From Aplysia californica (taxonomy: Eukaryota): a DNA stretch of 64,000 nt. Every line of letters starts with the position of its first letter. Positions within the stretch are counted from its first letter, which is position 1. Shown here in pieces: positions 62,148-64,000 of the stretch. Position numbers and translations under genes: made by a program. The DNA lies in the NCBI RefSeq assembly GCF_000002075.1, contig NW_004797650.1, positions 298,249-362,248 of the forward strand, read 5' to 3'. The notes beneath the pieces are model-generated. The model was given only the letters and a program-made list of their open reading frames with translations. It was not told the origin of the DNA and searched no databases.

Positions 62148-62746
62148 TAGGGGCGGGCACGAGACGAGCCGAGTACTCGTTTATCACGAGAAACGCCCTG
62201 CCCGTCGCTTCTCGGGCACTAAACTACTGCTCGGTACCAAGACTTGATACTGCTCGTTGGCTTGACATAACGAGTAACAGTAACGAGAGTGAGAGGCGAG
62301 AAATGACAACGCAGACAGTGCCACCCATCACCGTGTCGTCCTGTGTGTGAAACTGAAAGGGAGGGGAGAGGGTGGCGAGACGAGGCGGGTGGGGAGTTGA
62401 TTGGGGCCTAGGCCTTGATCTCCCTACCTTCCTTCACCGCCTGCGCCTGCGCAACAGGGCAAGCCTAGTTTCTAAGTTTAGATCCCCGCCACGATCGGCC
62501 TTCCCGCTAAACGAGTTGCTCGTTTTGTGGGGCGAGAAGAGAAATCTCGGCCACGGCCGTCCTTCTCTGCTGAACGAGTGGCTCGAACTGCGGGGCGAGA
62601 AGAGAAATTGGTCCCGAAATGAGAAGTATTGCTCGAGGCACGAGACGCGAAGTATTTCTCGTTCCCGGGACCGGTCTCGGCGAGAAGTAGGTCAGCTTCT
62701 CGGTCTTCTCGCTCGTGAAGGAAAAAGCGCTTCCTGCCCGTCTCTA
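62148..62746. mobile_element. hAT-like MITE
   Basis: TIR TAG(G/A)G(G/A)CGGGCA; 8-bp TSD ctcaactg; many internal CGAG repeats. Confidence 0.85.
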
Positions 62747-62838
62747 CTCAACTGCCACTGGATTCAGTACAATAATTGTTTCTTTATACCAGACAGAATT
62801 AAAGATAATTCGACCTTCTGATGCCACAACTCATAATG

Positions 62839-63796
62839 TAGCAATGCCAATCCCCCGCTGCGCCTTGTGCTGGAAATCGGCCTCCGCGCGAGGGGTATTT
62901 TTTGGGCCGCTCGGAATCAGAAGTGACTCTCTTCTAAGTTTAGTTACGGGAAAACTCCTGGACGAAAATAAATGAAACTCGGCAACCAACCAGAGGAAAG
63001 TTTAAACTAACGACATGCCAGCGTACAATCCCGAACGATTACTAGAACCAGAGATATTGCCGTGTTTGTGAGAATTTCCTCTGCGGTTCGAAAACTAAGC
63101 GGAGCTGCGGGTTGATCGCCGACCACACAAGCGCCCCACATGTCTTCTTTATTGCTGTAAAATTTCAGATCTCTGCGTTTAGTAGATTTTCCGTACCAAC
63201 TTAAAATTACCACCCACCCATTGATAAAACACTAGATCTAGAAACTTAATCGCGCATTCCAAACGCGAGGTGCCGGCATGCAAGAGGCGCGTGATCGCTA
63301 GGCGGCATGTGATTGGCTGCCTATAACCAAATGGGTCACCGATGACTACATCGCGGGTTTTCCCGATAGCGCTTTACTGAGTTTTAGAAGGGGTGATCGC
63401 GTCGCGGTAAAAACGATGTCACGCAATTCAACAAATTTCACGCAAATATCAGTCTTTAAGATCCAAAGTAATGAAGACAACGAAAAAGTGATAGCAGAAC
63501 TAGAATTGGCACTAAAAATCACATGGAGATGCCAAGTTTCATTCATATGCTCCAATTCATTACTGGCTTATGAACAGTTTTTCCTCAAAATACATCAAAA
63601 CATGTCCCACATTTTGGCGATTTTTTCCTATATGAAGGTCCTCCAACATTTTGCAAACAAAAATCCCAATAACTTTTTTATTTATCAATGGATTTTTAAA
63701 ATTTAAAAACCACAGTTCTTAGAATTTACTCTAGTTTCATTTAAGCCCATTTTTAAGCAATTCGGATGAAAATTTAATTTTTCATTGTCATTGCTA
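62839..63796. mobile_element. 958-bp non-autonomous TIR DNA transposon, copy 2
   Basis: Flanked by cataatg on both sides. Confidence 0.9.
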
Positions 63797-64000
63797 CATA
63801 ATGTTAATTTTAAAGTGCTCGTTAGGTTGTGTTTTGAAAGTATTCATGATACCATGAATGTATGCAAGATTTTTGAATGATAGAAGTAGGTCAGTGTGCC
63901 CAGGCTGCAGTGCTATATGTGCTCCCCACTACTAGGCGACTAAAATAGTAGATCTGAATGAACAGGCTGGTCAAATGAATAAGTGTGGGGGGGGGGGGGT

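Noticed and set aside
62372-62821. 149-aa Arg-rich ORF
   Set aside because: It lies mostly within a GC-rich hAT-like MITE; no recognisable domain.

Overview
Eukaryotic (animal) genomic DNA, AT-rich and intron-rich, with four assembly gaps. The SINE domains seen (Deu/Nin-like, CORE-like, Meta-like) suggest a mollusc or another lophotrochozoan; this is inference. Three spliced genes were reconstructed from GT/AG boundaries and reading frame. (1) The last 21 coding exons of an outer-arm axonemal dynein heavy chain (DNAH5/8 type, + strand, 21-19134). (2) PIGT, the GPI transamidase subunit (- strand, 39819-27680; one exon probably lies in a gap). (3) ZC3H15 (DFRP1/LEREPO4; + strand, 43897 to at least 61966, continuing past the window), head-to-head with PIGT across about 4 kb. 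Introns hold many mobile elements. Main highlights: three 30-46 bp hairpins made only of the ends of one TIR (CACAGAATTCTACACT) with 8-bp target duplications around the PIGT start, which look like P-element-type excision footprints; one 3' stem-loop shared by an I/Nimb-like LINE and three passenger element types, including a ~175-bp family with a fixed 5' end and no Pol III promoter; a young 958-bp TIR element inserted twice into CATA(A/G)TG; Merlin-like MITEs in both first introns; and a MITE flanked by a ~130-bp direct duplication.
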